This document shows positions 9,339 through 18,662 of a DNA stretch of 64,000 nt, one piece after another. Each line of letters begins with the position of its first letter. Within the stretch, counting starts at the first letter, position 1. Origin of the DNA: Planctomycetota bacterium (GTDB taxonomy: Bacteria; Planctomycetota; UBA11346); contig JACDEI010000002.1 of assembly GCA_013816485.1 (NCBI GenBank), positions 34,322 through 98,321 of the forward strand. Direction: 5' to 3'. The notes under the pieces are model-generated. The model searched no databases. It had not been told where the DNA came from and saw only the letters and a program-made list of their open reading frames with translations. The position numbers and the translations under genes are program-made.

Positions 9339-9469
9339 GGGCATGGCGGCATTCCCAGAGCATACGGGAGCCCCGGACTTGACGGAAGCCCGGTCGCCAT
9401 AGAGTCCTGCCCTCCGCGAAACCGGGTGCGCCGGCAGGCGGTCTAATCAACTTCTGGAGATACGTTTCA

Positions 9470-9865
9470 ATGGCTGGCAAGGAATACATCTGGGGTCTCG
9501 GTCGTCGTAAGACCAGTGTCGCCCGCGTTCGCATCGCTCCTGGCAATGGCTTGGTGCTGATCAACGACCGCAAGATCGAGGAATACTTCCCGGTCGACCG
9601 TCTGCAGAAGATGGCGCGCAAGCCCTTGGAAGTGACCGAGACTGCCGCGCGTTTCGACGTGTTCGTCAACGTCGACGGCGGTGGCATGACCGGTCAGGTC
9701 GGTGCGTGCATGCTCGGCATCTCGCGCGCTCTGGCCAAGGCCGAGCCGGCCACTGAAGCCGCTCTCCGTCGCCACGGTCTGATGACCCGCGACAGCCGTA
9801 TGGTCGAGCGCAAGAAGTACGGTCTGCGCAAGGCCCGCCGCGGTTGCCAGTTCAGCAAACGCTGA
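9470..9865 (+). CDS. rpsI: 30S ribosomal protein S9
   Basis: Full-length S9 with the conserved C-terminus KKYGLRKARRGCQFSKR. Confidence 0.95.
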   Translation: MAGKEYIWGLGRRKTSVARVRIAPGNGLVLINDRKIEEYFPVDRLQKMARKPLEVTETAARFDVFVNVDGGGMTGQVGACMLGISRALAKAEPATEAALRRHGLMTRDSRMVERKKYGLRKARRGCQFSKR

Positions 9866-9890
9866 ATCGGCATCGAGGTTGGACTCACGG

Positions 9891-9921
9891 CACCCAGGGC
9901 ATCGCCCTGGGTGTTTCCGTT
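9891..9921 (+). terminator. Rho-independent terminator after rpsI
   Basis: Perfect 10-bp hairpin cacccagggc-atc-gccctgggtg followed by tttccgtt. Confidence 0.6.
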
Positions 9922-10038
9922 GGTGGCGCCGTCATCCCGCCTCATCACCGAAGCGCCCTCCAACTGGATGCAGAATTTTTCCGCGTGTGGGGAGGGGGCC
10001 GGCTTGCGCCCTGCCGGGTGGATTTACCATCTCCGCCC

Positions 10039-10761
10039 ATGGCTGCCTCCACCCTGCGTCCGCGTCTGCTCAAACTCTCAGGCGAGGCGCTCCAGGCACG
10101 CGAGGGCATCCTCGACTGGCACATCGTGGAACGGGTGTGCAGCGAACTACTCAGCGGTCTGCCACGTGGCCCGGTCGCGGTGGTGGTCGGCGGCGGCAAC
10201 ATCATGCGTGGTGCCGAGATGCGCGGTCGAGGAGCCGGCGATCCCACGCGCGGCGACTACATGGGCATGCTTGCGACGCTGATCAACAGCCTGGCGCTCA
10301 AGGAAGGCATCGAACGGCAAGGGGGGCGGTGTGAAGTGGTCGCTCCCCATCACATCCCCAATGTCTGTCACCAGTACAATCGCGCACAGGTCATGGCTTG
10401 GCTCGCCGCTGGTACCGTGGTGGTCTTTGGTGGCGGCACTGGTCATCCTTTTTTTACCACCGACACCACTGCGGCGCTGCGCGCAACCGAGATCGGCGCA
10501 GCAGAGTTGCTCAAAGGGAGCAAGGTCGACGGCATCTACACCGCGGATCCGAAGAAGGTCACCGACGCCAAGCGCTTCGATTTCCTGACCTTCGATCAAG
10601 CGGTAGAAGGTCGTTACGCGGTGATGGATGCCACGGCCTTTCCCATCTGTCGTGACCATCGCATCACCATCCGCGTATTCGACATGACCGTGGCGGGAGC
10701 GATCGCCGCCGCCCTGGGGCCGAATCCTCCAGGCACGCTGGTTGGTGACCAACCACGTTGA
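10039..10761 (+). CDS. pyrH: UMP kinase
   Basis: 241 aa with the UMP-kinase signature (VVVGGGN, GDYMGMLATLINSLAL). Start is MAASTLRP at 10039. The ORF-track extension back to 9844 is spurious. Confidence 0.9.
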   Translation: MAASTLRPRLLKLSGEALQAREGILDWHIVERVCSELLSGLPRGPVAVVVGGGNIMRGAEMRGRGAGDPTRGDYMGMLATLINSLALKEGIERQGGRCEVVAPHHIPNVCHQYNRAQVMAWLAAGTVVVFGGGTGHPFFTTDTTAALRATEIGAAELLKGSKVDGIYTADPKKVTDAKRFDFLTFDQAVEGRYAVMDATAFPICRDHRITIRVFDMTVAGAIAAALGPNPPGTLVGDQPR

Positions 10762-10822
10762 TTCCGTTTCCCGCTTCCTCGTCTTTCGTTTCCACACCCC
10801 AGGCACCACGCCAGGAGCACCG

Positions 10823-11383
10823 ATGAGCTTTGAGACTGAGATCAAGGACTGCAGCGCCAAGTTTGACAAGGCGCTGGGTTCACTCGCCCATGACTTCAAG
10901 CACATCCGCACCGGACGTGCGAGCGTGGCGATGATCGAACACGTCCAGGTCGATGCCTATGGCAGCCGTATGCCGATCGCCCAGTGCGCTGGCCTGTCGA
11001 TTCCAGAACCGGCGCAGATCCTGATCAAGCCGTGGGACAAGGGCCTGATCAAGGCCATCGAAAAAGGTCTGACCGAGGCTCAACTCGGCATGATGCCGCA
11101 GAGCGATGGTGTGGTCATCCGGCTGCAGGTGCCGGCGCTGTCCAGCGAGCGCCGCAAGCAATTGGCGTCTGAAGCCAAGGAAGCGACCGAGAAGTGCAAA
11201 GTAGCGATGCGCAACCTGCGCCGCGATGTGATCAAGGCGATCGAGACCAAGGGCAAGGCCGACAACCTGCCCGAGGACGCGACCAAGAAGGCGAGCGAGA
11301 AGATCAGCGAACTGCTCAAGCAGTACGAAACCAAGGCCGAGTCGTCGTTGAAGGAAAAGACCGACGACATTCTCAAGTTCTGA
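10823..11383 (+). CDS. frr: Ribosome recycling factor
   Basis: 186 aa. Matches RRF throughout, and the pyrH-frr order is conserved. Start MSFETEIKD at 10823. Confidence 0.9.
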   Translation: MSFETEIKDCSAKFDKALGSLAHDFKHIRTGRASVAMIEHVQVDAYGSRMPIAQCAGLSIPEPAQILIKPWDKGLIKAIEKGLTEAQLGMMPQSDGVVIRLQVPALSSERRKQLASEAKEATEKCKVAMRNLRRDVIKAIETKGKADNLPEDATKKASEKISELLKQYETKAESSLKEKTDDILKF

Positions 11384-11537
11384 ACCATTACGGCGATCAG
11401 CGTGGGGCTAGGGATTCGGGGCTAGGGCTAGGGTAGTGGATTGTTTGCGGCCGGTGGTGCCGTACGCGTCGGTAACGTCTGCGCACCGACCCTAATCCCT
11501 GATCCCTAACCCCTTTCGCTCTCGCTCCTGAGAAAAA

Positions 11538-11578
11538 CAAACGAGGCGGAGGATTTCCTCCGCCTCGTTCAGTTTTTC
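11538..11578. terminator. Bidirectional rho-independent terminator between frr (+) and the coiled-coil gene (-)
   Basis: Perfect stem aacgaggcggagg/cctccgcctcgtt with an A-run on the 5' side (gagaaaaacaa) and a T-run on the 3' side (cagtttttcc). Confidence 0.7.
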
Positions 11579-11597
11579 CAGCGAAGGCAGGTAAACG

Positions 11598-14500
11598 TCA
11601 GACGGTCTTGAAGCCGCCCGAAGGTCCGCCGCTGGCGTTGTTGTCGGTCAGGCGGCGGATGCGGGCCTTCAGGCCGGCATTCTCCTCCTTCAGCTTGCGG
11701 TTGTCGTCGCGCACGGTCGCGGCGGCATCGCGCAGTTCGACCATCTCCTTCTGGACCTTCTCCTTCGAGTTGCCGACATCCTTGCGCTTCTCGTCGAGCT
11801 GGGACTTGAGCTGGGCGGTCATGCTGTTGGCGTCGGCCAGATCGGCTTCGATCTGCCGCAGCTTCTCGCGCAGGCTGTCGCGTTCGCCGTGCAGGTGCTT
11901 CAGCTCGCGCGCCAGGTCGGTGGTCTTGGCGGTGGCTCCGGCATGGGCACCGAAGACTGTCTCCAGTTCCTTGATGCGATCGTTGGCTTGGCTGATCTCC
12001 TTGGTCAGTGCCGATACCTGCGCTTCTAGTCCCTTGCTGTCGGCGCGCTGTTCGGCGAGATCCTTGAGTTCGCTATCCTTCTTGTCGATCACCTGATCGC
12101 GTTCGGCCAAGCGCTTGGTCAACTCATCGCGTTGGGCCTTGAGCCGTGCGTCGGCCGCCTGGGCACGTTCCAGGGCCTCGCTGAGCTGGCTTTCGATCTC
12201 GGCGCGGTTCGCCCGTTCCTTCTCAATCTCTTGGCGCAGGCGATCGATGTCGCTGCTCATATGGCCGGAAGAGGCACCATCGCGCGCCTGGTAATCCGCC
12301 ACCTCGGCCTGGGCCAGACGCAATTGCTCGCGCAGTTGCTTGAGCTCGGCCATGGCATCGTCGCGGTTGCGGCGTTGTTCCATCACTTGGTTGAGCAGTT
12401 CCGACTGCTCGGCCTTAGCCTTCTCGATGCCGTCAGCGAGGTTCTGAAGCTGATGGTCGCGATCGACCACCGCAGCGCGCAAGGCAGCAAGTTCGTTGTT
12501 GAGGGCGTCCTCGCTGCGTTTGGTCGCAGACAGTTCGCCACGAGCCTGTTCCATGTGTTCGGCCAAGGTCTGGAGACGGTCCTTGAGCGCGTGAACGTAG
12601 GCTTGGCCAGCACTGGCGAGCTGCTCCGGGCCAGCCGCACGGGCGAGGTCGAGCTTCTGCCCGGCTTTACTCAGCGGATCAGCCTGATCGGCATCGGTCA
12701 GTGCGCGGGCGACGGTGGGCGAGGCGTCCTGACGGTTGGTCAGTGAGCGCAAGGCCTGGACCAACTGCGTCTGGGTGTGCTCCGCGGCGTCGCCACGCTG
12801 ATGTTGTTCGCCCAGTTCGCGCAGCAGGCGTTCCTGTTCGCGTTGGGCCTCGACCAGTTTGGTGCTGGTCTGTTGCAGCCGGCGATCTTGTTCCTCGACG
12901 CGCTGGGCGGCGACATCGAGTTCGGCCTTGATGCTCGCGACCTCGCCGCGGGTGTTGGTGAGCTCCTGCACCTTAGCTGACAGGTCCTTGCCCTGCATGG
13001 TGAGTTCGTGGCGCACAGCCTTGACTTCGGCCTGGCTGCTGCGCAACGACGCTTGTTGTTCGTCGACGTGCTTCTGTGCGGTGGCGACCTCGCCGCGGAG
13101 TTTTTCGAGCTGGCCCTTGAGCGAATCCTGGTCCTCCTGCGCGCGCTTGAAGCTGGTGGTCATCTGCGCACGGCGGGCGAGCAAGGCCTCGGCGAGCTTC
13201 CGTCCGCTTTCGGCGAGTTGCAGGCTGAGGTTCTCGGGAATGCTGACCGCGTCCTCGCCTTCGTCCGGCAGTTGCGACAGCGCCAGTTCCAGGTCGACGC
13301 GTTTGTCTTCGACTTCTCCGGTGTGTTGGTCCTTCTCCATTGAGGCGAGGGTCGAGAGTGCTTCGGCCAGTTGGCGGTTGGCGGTCTCGGCGGACAGCGT
13401 GCGGCCCTGCAAACGTGTAAGCAGCGCCTCGTTTTCGCCGGAGCTGCGCTTGATCGCTTCCAGTTCCTGGACGGTGCGCTCCTTCTGCTGCGTCAGGAGG
13501 TTGATGACCTCCTTGCCGCTGGCAGCCATCTCGTCGCGTTCGCCTTCAAGGGTGACGGCGCGTTCGTTGGCTTCCTTGAGCTGCCACTTGAGCGCGTTGG
13601 TATCCTGCTGCAGTCGTTCAGCCTGCTGTGCCAATGCCTGACGGCGCTGGGCGAGCTGGGCGACGCCGGCGGCGACTTGACGGCTGACGGTCGCAGGATC
13701 GACCGGCTGGTTGCTGGACGGGGTGTCTTCCAGCGACAAGGCGAGGTCCGCGATGGTTTCGGCCAGTTCAGGGTCGTCCTTGGCGGCGCTCACCAGTTCG
13801 GTGGCGACCGCACGGTCGGCTTCGCTCTGCGCCGTCGCCGCGGCGCTCAACGCTGCGTGTTCGCCGCGGGTCTTGGCCAGATCGGCATCAGCATCGCGCA
13901 GACGCTGTTCCATGGTGGTGAGCTGCGAGAAGGCCTTGCCACGTTCCGCTTCGAGCACGGTGCGCCGGCTGTTGGCTTCCTGCGCCTGGTTGCGCATGAG
14001 GTCGAGGTCGGTGCGCGCACGGCTGAGATCGCGTTCCAGTTCCTGGACGTTCTGCTGGGCCTCGGTGAGGCTCTTGCTGAGCTTCTGCTGTTCGCCGTGC
14101 AGATTGGCGCCACGCGTTTCGGCTTCCTGCGCCTTGGAGCGCAGACCGTCAAGTTCGCCGCGCAGGCGTTTGTTCTCTTCGTCGAGATCCTGTTTGCGGC
14201 GTGATAGTCCGGTCACGGCTTCGCGCAGCGCCGGTACCAGATTGTCATCGTCGCCGGCATCGCTGGCGAGAGCGAGGTCGGTCACCGAATCGGCGAGTTG
14301 GTCATCGCCCTTGGCGGCACGTACCACTTCCTGCGCCATCTCGCGTTCGGCGCGGCGTTGGGCTTCGCCACGCGCTTGGACGGCGGCGACTTCACCCTTG
14401 GCCTTGGCGACGTCATCCTCGAGCGAGCGGATCTTCTGCTGGGCTTGGCCGATCTGACTGGCGAGACGACCGCGTTCCTCATCGAGACGCTTGAGATCGG

Positions 14501-16217
14501 TCTGCGAGGGGGCCTTGGCCAACTGCTCGCGCAGGTGCTGGATGACCTGCTGGGTGGCATTGCCGACCTGCGCCGGTTCCTGTGCGTCATCGAGGGCGCG
14601 GTTGAGTTGCACCACGCTGGCGTCGAACTTCTCGTCGCCTTGTTGTTCGGGAGAAATGTCGGCGCGGGTTTTTGCCAGCGCACGGACCTCTTCAGCCACC
14701 GCCTTCTCACGCCCCTGGGCGGCGGTGAGGGCCTGCGATTTCTCCTTCATCAGACGCGCGAGTGCCGCGCTGTCCTCGCGCAGACGGGCGATCAGCGCTT
14801 CGTCGGTGGAATCCTTCGCTGGCGGGGCCATGCGCACGCCAGCCTCGTCACCGAGCAGACGATCCATCAGGACGAGTTGCTCGCTGATGATCGGCTTCAC
14901 GTCGCCGCCACCCTTGATGTTCTTGATGATCTCATCTGCCTTGGCGGTGCTTTCCGCAAGCGGCGCGTCTTCGTCCACCAGCGCGGTGGGCACGTGTTGC
15001 TTGTCGGCCTTCGCGCGTTCGGCGATGGTTCCGAGCACCTGCATGTAGGCTTTGCGCACCTCGCCGAGTTCCTCCTCGGCGGTGTTGCGCGCTTCGTCGG
15101 CCTGGTCGGCCATCTCCTTGAGCGCGACCATACGCTGACGGCCACGCGCCAACACCGCGGCGAGTTCGCGTGCCACGCTGGTGGTGCCGGCGATGACTTC
15201 GGCGGGAGCTCCGCTCTCGGTCGAAGGAACGGCGGAGATGGCATCCTCGCGGCCGGCGGCGACGCCGAGCGCCTGTTTGCCGGTATGTTCGAGCTGTTGT
15301 GCTTCGCTGCGCGCGCCGTTCATCGCTTCGACCAGTCCTTCGACCGGTTCGGCGACGTCCACGGCGGCAAGGCTGCCGCCCTTGAGCTGTTCGAGCAGGG
15401 CGAGATCGCCTTCCAGCAGGTTCATGCGTGGATCGGTGGCCAAACGCTCGGTCTGCTTCTGCGCGCTCTGGGCGATGCCGCGCAGACGCTGCAAGTCGTT
15501 CGACAGGGTGTCGATAACCTTCGCGCCGACATCGTAGTCGTGATAAAATTGTTCTTCATCCGGCGCGTCTTCGGGAACCGGATTCTCGTCGACATGGCGT
15601 CCGCCGTAGAGCTGGCTGTCCAAACCGAGCACGCCCTCGACCAGGGTGTTGGCACGCAGCATGTAGTTCTTCAGCGCCTGCTTGTGCTTGTCGGCCAGTT
15701 CCTCCTTCTCGGCGAGGGTGGTGCTGGCGAGTGCGCGGTTGTTGGCGAGCTGGTCTTCGATCTCGTATTTGTCCTGCTGCAACTCTTCGATCATCTGCTC
15801 GCGTTCGGCGAGCGCTTTCTTGAGGCTGTCGATCGCTTCAGTGGCTTGTTCGGCGCTGGCGGCGCTCGACTGGGACTCGGCGACCTTGGCCATGGCCTTG
15901 TCGAGGTCGGCCTTCATACGGTCGCGCTCGCCCTGGGTGTCCTGCTCGCGCTTGATGCGTTTGGCCAGCTCTTCCTGAACCTTCTTCAGCATCTCCTCTT
16001 TTTCTTTGTCGCTGATGCTGTCGACCTTGCCCGCCATGTGGCGGGTGATCACCGTATTCACCCAATCCATCAGCTGCTTCTCGGTGATGACCTTGAGCTT
16101 CTTGCTCTGGCCCTTCGTTCGCACCAGTTCCGCGGCGGTGGTGCTTTCGCCCAGGCCCGCCAGGGATTGCGACAGGTCTTCCATCGGCTGCTCGGGTTTC
16201 ATCGGCTTCGCAGGCAT
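11598..16217 (-). CDS. Giant (1539 aa) coiled-coil protein with no recognisable enzymatic domain
   Basis: One uninterrupted ORF of 4.6 kb. The composition is dominated by E/A/L/R/Q/K heptad-like repeats after a short globular N-terminal region of about 60 aa. No TM helix and no Walker motifs. Confidence 0.8.
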   Translation of the reverse strand: MPAKPMKPEQPMEDLSQSLAGLGESTTAAELVRTKGQSKKLKVITEKQLMDWVNTVITRHMAGKVDSISDKEKEEMLKKVQEELAKRIKREQDTQGERDRMKADLDKAMAKVAESQSSAASAEQATEAIDSLKKALAEREQMIEELQQDKYEIEDQLANNRALASTTLAEKEELADKHKQALKNYMLRANTLVEGVLGLDSQLYGGRHVDENPVPEDAPDEEQFYHDYDVGAKVIDTLSNDLQRLRGIAQSAQKQTERLATDPRMNLLEGDLALLEQLKGGSLAAVDVAEPVEGLVEAMNGARSEAQQLEHTGKQALGVAAGREDAISAVPSTESGAPAEVIAGTTSVARELAAVLARGRQRMVALKEMADQADEARNTAEEELGEVRKAYMQVLGTIAERAKADKQHVPTALVDEDAPLAESTAKADEIIKNIKGGGDVKPIISEQLVLMDRLLGDEAGVRMAPPAKDSTDEALIARLREDSAALARLMKEKSQALTAAQGREKAVAEEVRALAKTRADISPEQQGDEKFDASVVQLNRALDDAQEPAQVGNATQQVIQHLREQLAKAPSQTDLKRLDEERGRLASQIGQAQQKIRSLEDDVAKAKGEVAAVQARGEAQRRAEREMAQEVVRAAKGDDQLADSVTDLALASDAGDDDNLVPALREAVTGLSRRKQDLDEENKRLRGELDGLRSKAQEAETRGANLHGEQQKLSKSLTEAQQNVQELERDLSRARTDLDLMRNQAQEANSRRTVLEAERGKAFSQLTTMEQRLRDADADLAKTRGEHAALSAAATAQSEADRAVATELVSAAKDDPELAETIADLALSLEDTPSSNQPVDPATVSRQVAAGVAQLAQRRQALAQQAERLQQDTNALKWQLKEANERAVTLEGERDEMAASGKEVINLLTQQKERTVQELEAIKRSSGENEALLTRLQGRTLSAETANRQLAEALSTLASMEKDQHTGEVEDKRVDLELALSQLPDEGEDAVSIPENLSLQLAESGRKLAEALLARRAQMTTSFKRAQEDQDSLKGQLEKLRGEVATAQKHVDEQQASLRSSQAEVKAVRHELTMQGKDLSAKVQELTNTRGEVASIKAELDVAAQRVEEQDRRLQQTSTKLVEAQREQERLLRELGEQHQRGDAAEHTQTQLVQALRSLTNRQDASPTVARALTDADQADPLSKAGQKLDLARAAGPEQLASAGQAYVHALKDRLQTLAEHMEQARGELSATKRSEDALNNELAALRAAVVDRDHQLQNLADGIEKAKAEQSELLNQVMEQRRNRDDAMAELKQLREQLRLAQAEVADYQARDGASSGHMSSDIDRLRQEIEKERANRAEIESQLSEALERAQAADARLKAQRDELTKRLAERDQVIDKKDSELKDLAEQRADSKGLEAQVSALTKEISQANDRIKELETVFGAHAGATAKTTDLARELKHLHGERDSLREKLRQIEADLADANSMTAQLKSQLDEKRKDVGNSKEKVQKEMVELRDAAATVRDDNRKLKEENAGLKARIRRLTDNNASGGPSGGFKTV

Positions 16218-16469
16218 AGCAACTCCTTGAAGGGACCGGCGCTAAGGGATAGCTGGGGTCCGCTCGGTATGACATGGGCCACGATGGACCGCGGGCCGTG
16301 AAGGGCAGCCACGCCGGGCGTCCGGCGGGGGCTCTTTGTGATACACGGGACGAGTGCGAGGTGCGAGGTGCGGTGTTTCCCCGCGCGCCGTTCAGGCCGA
16401 TCAGTCGGTTGGGCCATTGACCTTCGGCATCCCCCGTACGAGGGCACCTCGCACCTCGCACCTCGCACC

Positions 16470-16508
16470 GACCCAACAAAAGCACCCCGGCGGGAATCCG
16501 CCGGGGTG
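16470..16508 (-). terminator. Rho-independent terminator after the peroxiredoxin gene
   Basis: Hairpin caccccggcgg-gaat-ccgccggggtg. On the minus strand it is followed by gcttttgttggg. Confidence 0.6.
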
Positions 16509-16539
16509 CGCACGTCGTGACCCGAAAGCTCCGGACGGT

Positions 16540-17130
16540 TTACTTGTTGGCCGAGGTGAAGTAAGTCTTCGAGCCCTTGGGGTCGGCCTTCATGGTGGCC
16601 TTGCCTTCGGTCCAGTTGGCTGGGCACACTTCGCCGTGCTTGGCAACGTACTGGAAGGCTTTGATGACGCGCAGGGCCTCATCGACGTTACGACCGACCG
16701 GCAGATCGTGGACGATCGCGGCGCTGACGACGCCTTCCGGGTTGATCAGGAACAGGCCGCGCAGCGCGATGCCAGCATCTTCGATCAGCACGCCGTAATC
16801 ACGGGCGATCGACTTGTTGAGGTCGGCCACCAGCGGGTAGCCCAGGTCGCCCAGACCGCCGTCTTTGCGCGGGGTGTTGCGCCAGGCGAGGTGGGTGAAC
16901 TGGCTGTCGACCGAGACGCCAATGACTTCCGCGCCGAGGGCGTGGAAATCCTTGATGCGATCGCTGAAGGCGATGATTTCGGTCGGGCAAACGAAGGTGA
17001 AGTCGAGCGGGTAGAAGAACAACGCGACCCACTTGCCCTTGTAGTCTGTGAGCTGGACTTCCTTGATGGTGCCGTCGGCGAGGACCGCCTGGGCCTTGAA
17101 GTTGGGGGCTTTCTTCTGGACGAGGGACAT
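16540..17130 (-). CDS. 2-Cys peroxiredoxin (AhpC/Tsa family)
   Basis: Peroxidatic-Cys motif FTFVCPTEI and resolving-Cys region GEVCPANW. 196 aa. Confidence 0.9.
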   Translation of the reverse strand: MSLVQKKAPNFKAQAVLADGTIKEVQLTDYKGKWVALFFYPLDFTFVCPTEIIAFSDRIKDFHALGAEVIGVSVDSQFTHLAWRNTPRKDGGLGDLGYPLVADLNKSIARDYGVLIEDAGIALRGLFLINPEGVVSAAIVHDLPVGRNVDEALRVIKAFQYVAKHGEVCPANWTEGKATMKADPKGSKTYFTSANK

Positions 17131-17418
17131 GATGCGCTCCGTTGAATGATTGGGGTGAAAACCAAGGTTTGCGTGGCCCGTCAGGTGACGGGGACCACGG
17201 CGGGACGGGCATGCTGCCCCCGACCGTACGCTGTCAATCGGAGCCTGGGGCGGTTGGCGGCGCGTCGCGTTCCTGATGCAGCCCGCCGCCGCACGGATAT
17301 CCGCCGAACCATCCCTTTACCCCATGGTGCGGCCACGCTACATCCCCTCCGAGCCGGCACGGACGCCGTCGATCGCCAAGGAAGGGGTCGCCACTGCCTT
17401 ATGCGTGATCGAGGTCCC

Positions 17419-18615
17419 ATGGACATCCTGGTGGTCGATGATGATGCGTTGTCGCTACGCCTCCTGATCGCCCTGGTCGAGAAACTCGGACACCATCCGA
17501 TCAGCGCCACGGACGGGCTGAGCGCCTGGGAGTTGTACCGCAAACACGATTGCCGGGTGGTGATCAGCGATTGGAACATGCCTGGGCTCGACGGCATCGA
17601 ACTGCTGACGCGCATTCGTTCGCTGCCCGGTCTGGGCTACACCTATTTCATCATGCTGACCTCGCGCAGCGATCGTGAGGATGTCACCGCCGGCATGGCC
17701 GCCGGTGCCGACGACCTGCTGATCAAACCGGTCAGCCGTGATGATCTGGATGCGCGGCTGAATGTTGCGCGGCGCATCGTCTCGCTCCAGCAGGAGGTGT
17801 CGCAGCGCAATCAGGAATTGTCGGCGGTGAACGAGCGGATGCGCCAGGATCTGCAGGCCGCGGTGCGGGTGCAGGAGGCGTTGTTGCCGGTGCATCTGCC
17901 GCGCATCGCGGGCCTGGAGTTTGCCTGGCTCTACCGGCCGTGTGACCAGTTGGGTGGCGATACGCTCAACCTCTACCGCCTGGACGAGCACCACCTCGGG
18001 TTCTACGTCCTCGATGTCAGTGGTCACGGCGTGTCGTCGGCCTTGCTGGCGGTGCAGGTCAGCCGCTTCCTGTCGCCGTTGATCGCTGCCGGGGCCTTGC
18101 CCAAACGGGCGATCGAGCAGGTGCCGGGTTACCGCCTAGCCGCGCCGTTGGAGGTGGTGCGTGAATTGAACGAACTGTTTCCGATGAGCGATGCGGCGAT
18201 GCAATATTTCACCATCATCTACGGCCACTACCACATCCCGAGCCACACCATCCATCTGGCCTCGGCGGGACATCCAGGCCCGATCGTCACCCATCGCGAT
18301 ATTCCTGCCACGGTGTACGACCTATCGAGCAATCCGATCGGTTTCTTCCCCAACGACAGCGCACAGTTCGCCGAGGCCAGCATCGCCATCGCTCCCGGCG
18401 ATCGCATCCACTTCATCAGCGATGGGGTGGTGGAGACCATGAGCGAGACGCGGGAGATCCTCGGACTCGAGCGCTTGGCCTCACTTTTGACCACGGTGGC
18501 GGGCGAACCGGTGGCGGTCGCCCAGGAACACCTGGTCGAGGCCCTGACACGGTGGCGTGGTGCGACGCCGCCGACCGACGATGTGTCGATCGTCACCATT
18601 GAGCGTCGTGGCTGA
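17419..18615 (+). CDS. Response-regulator receiver domain fused to a PP2C/SpoIIE-type Ser phosphatase
   Basis: Receiver region MDILVVDDD...DWNMPGLDG...DDLLIKP followed by the PP2C region (GGDTLNLY, VLDVSGHGVSSA, ASAGHP, ISDGVVE). An alternative start at 17401 (MRDRGP) is possible. Confidence 0.8.
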   Translation: MDILVVDDDALSLRLLIALVEKLGHHPISATDGLSAWELYRKHDCRVVISDWNMPGLDGIELLTRIRSLPGLGYTYFIMLTSRSDREDVTAGMAAGADDLLIKPVSRDDLDARLNVARRIVSLQQEVSQRNQELSAVNERMRQDLQAAVRVQEALLPVHLPRIAGLEFAWLYRPCDQLGGDTLNLYRLDEHHLGFYVLDVSGHGVSSALLAVQVSRFLSPLIAAGALPKRAIEQVPGYRLAAPLEVVRELNELFPMSDAAMQYFTIIYGHYHIPSHTIHLASAGHPGPIVTHRDIPATVYDLSSNPIGFFPNDSAQFAEASIAIAPGDRIHFISDGVVETMSETREILGLERLASLLTTVAGEPVAVAQEHLVEALTRWRGATPPTDDVSIVTIERRG

Positions 18616-18662
18616 GCGCCCACTCAGACACCGCCCGCTGAAGCAGGTGCACGTGGGACGGG

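Noticed and set aside
12132-16301. Multiple long plus-strand ORFs (up to 667 aa) antisense to the giant coiled-coil gene
   Set aside because: The repetitive GAG/CTC-rich codons of a coiled coil generate long open frames on the opposite strand. The translations (Leu/Gly/Ala runs) show no domain features.
16346-16470. Considered whether the heptamer repeats are a CRISPR array
   Set aside because: There are only about 3 tandem units of 7 nt with no spacers. The arrangement is an inverted repeat pair, not repeat-spacer architecture.
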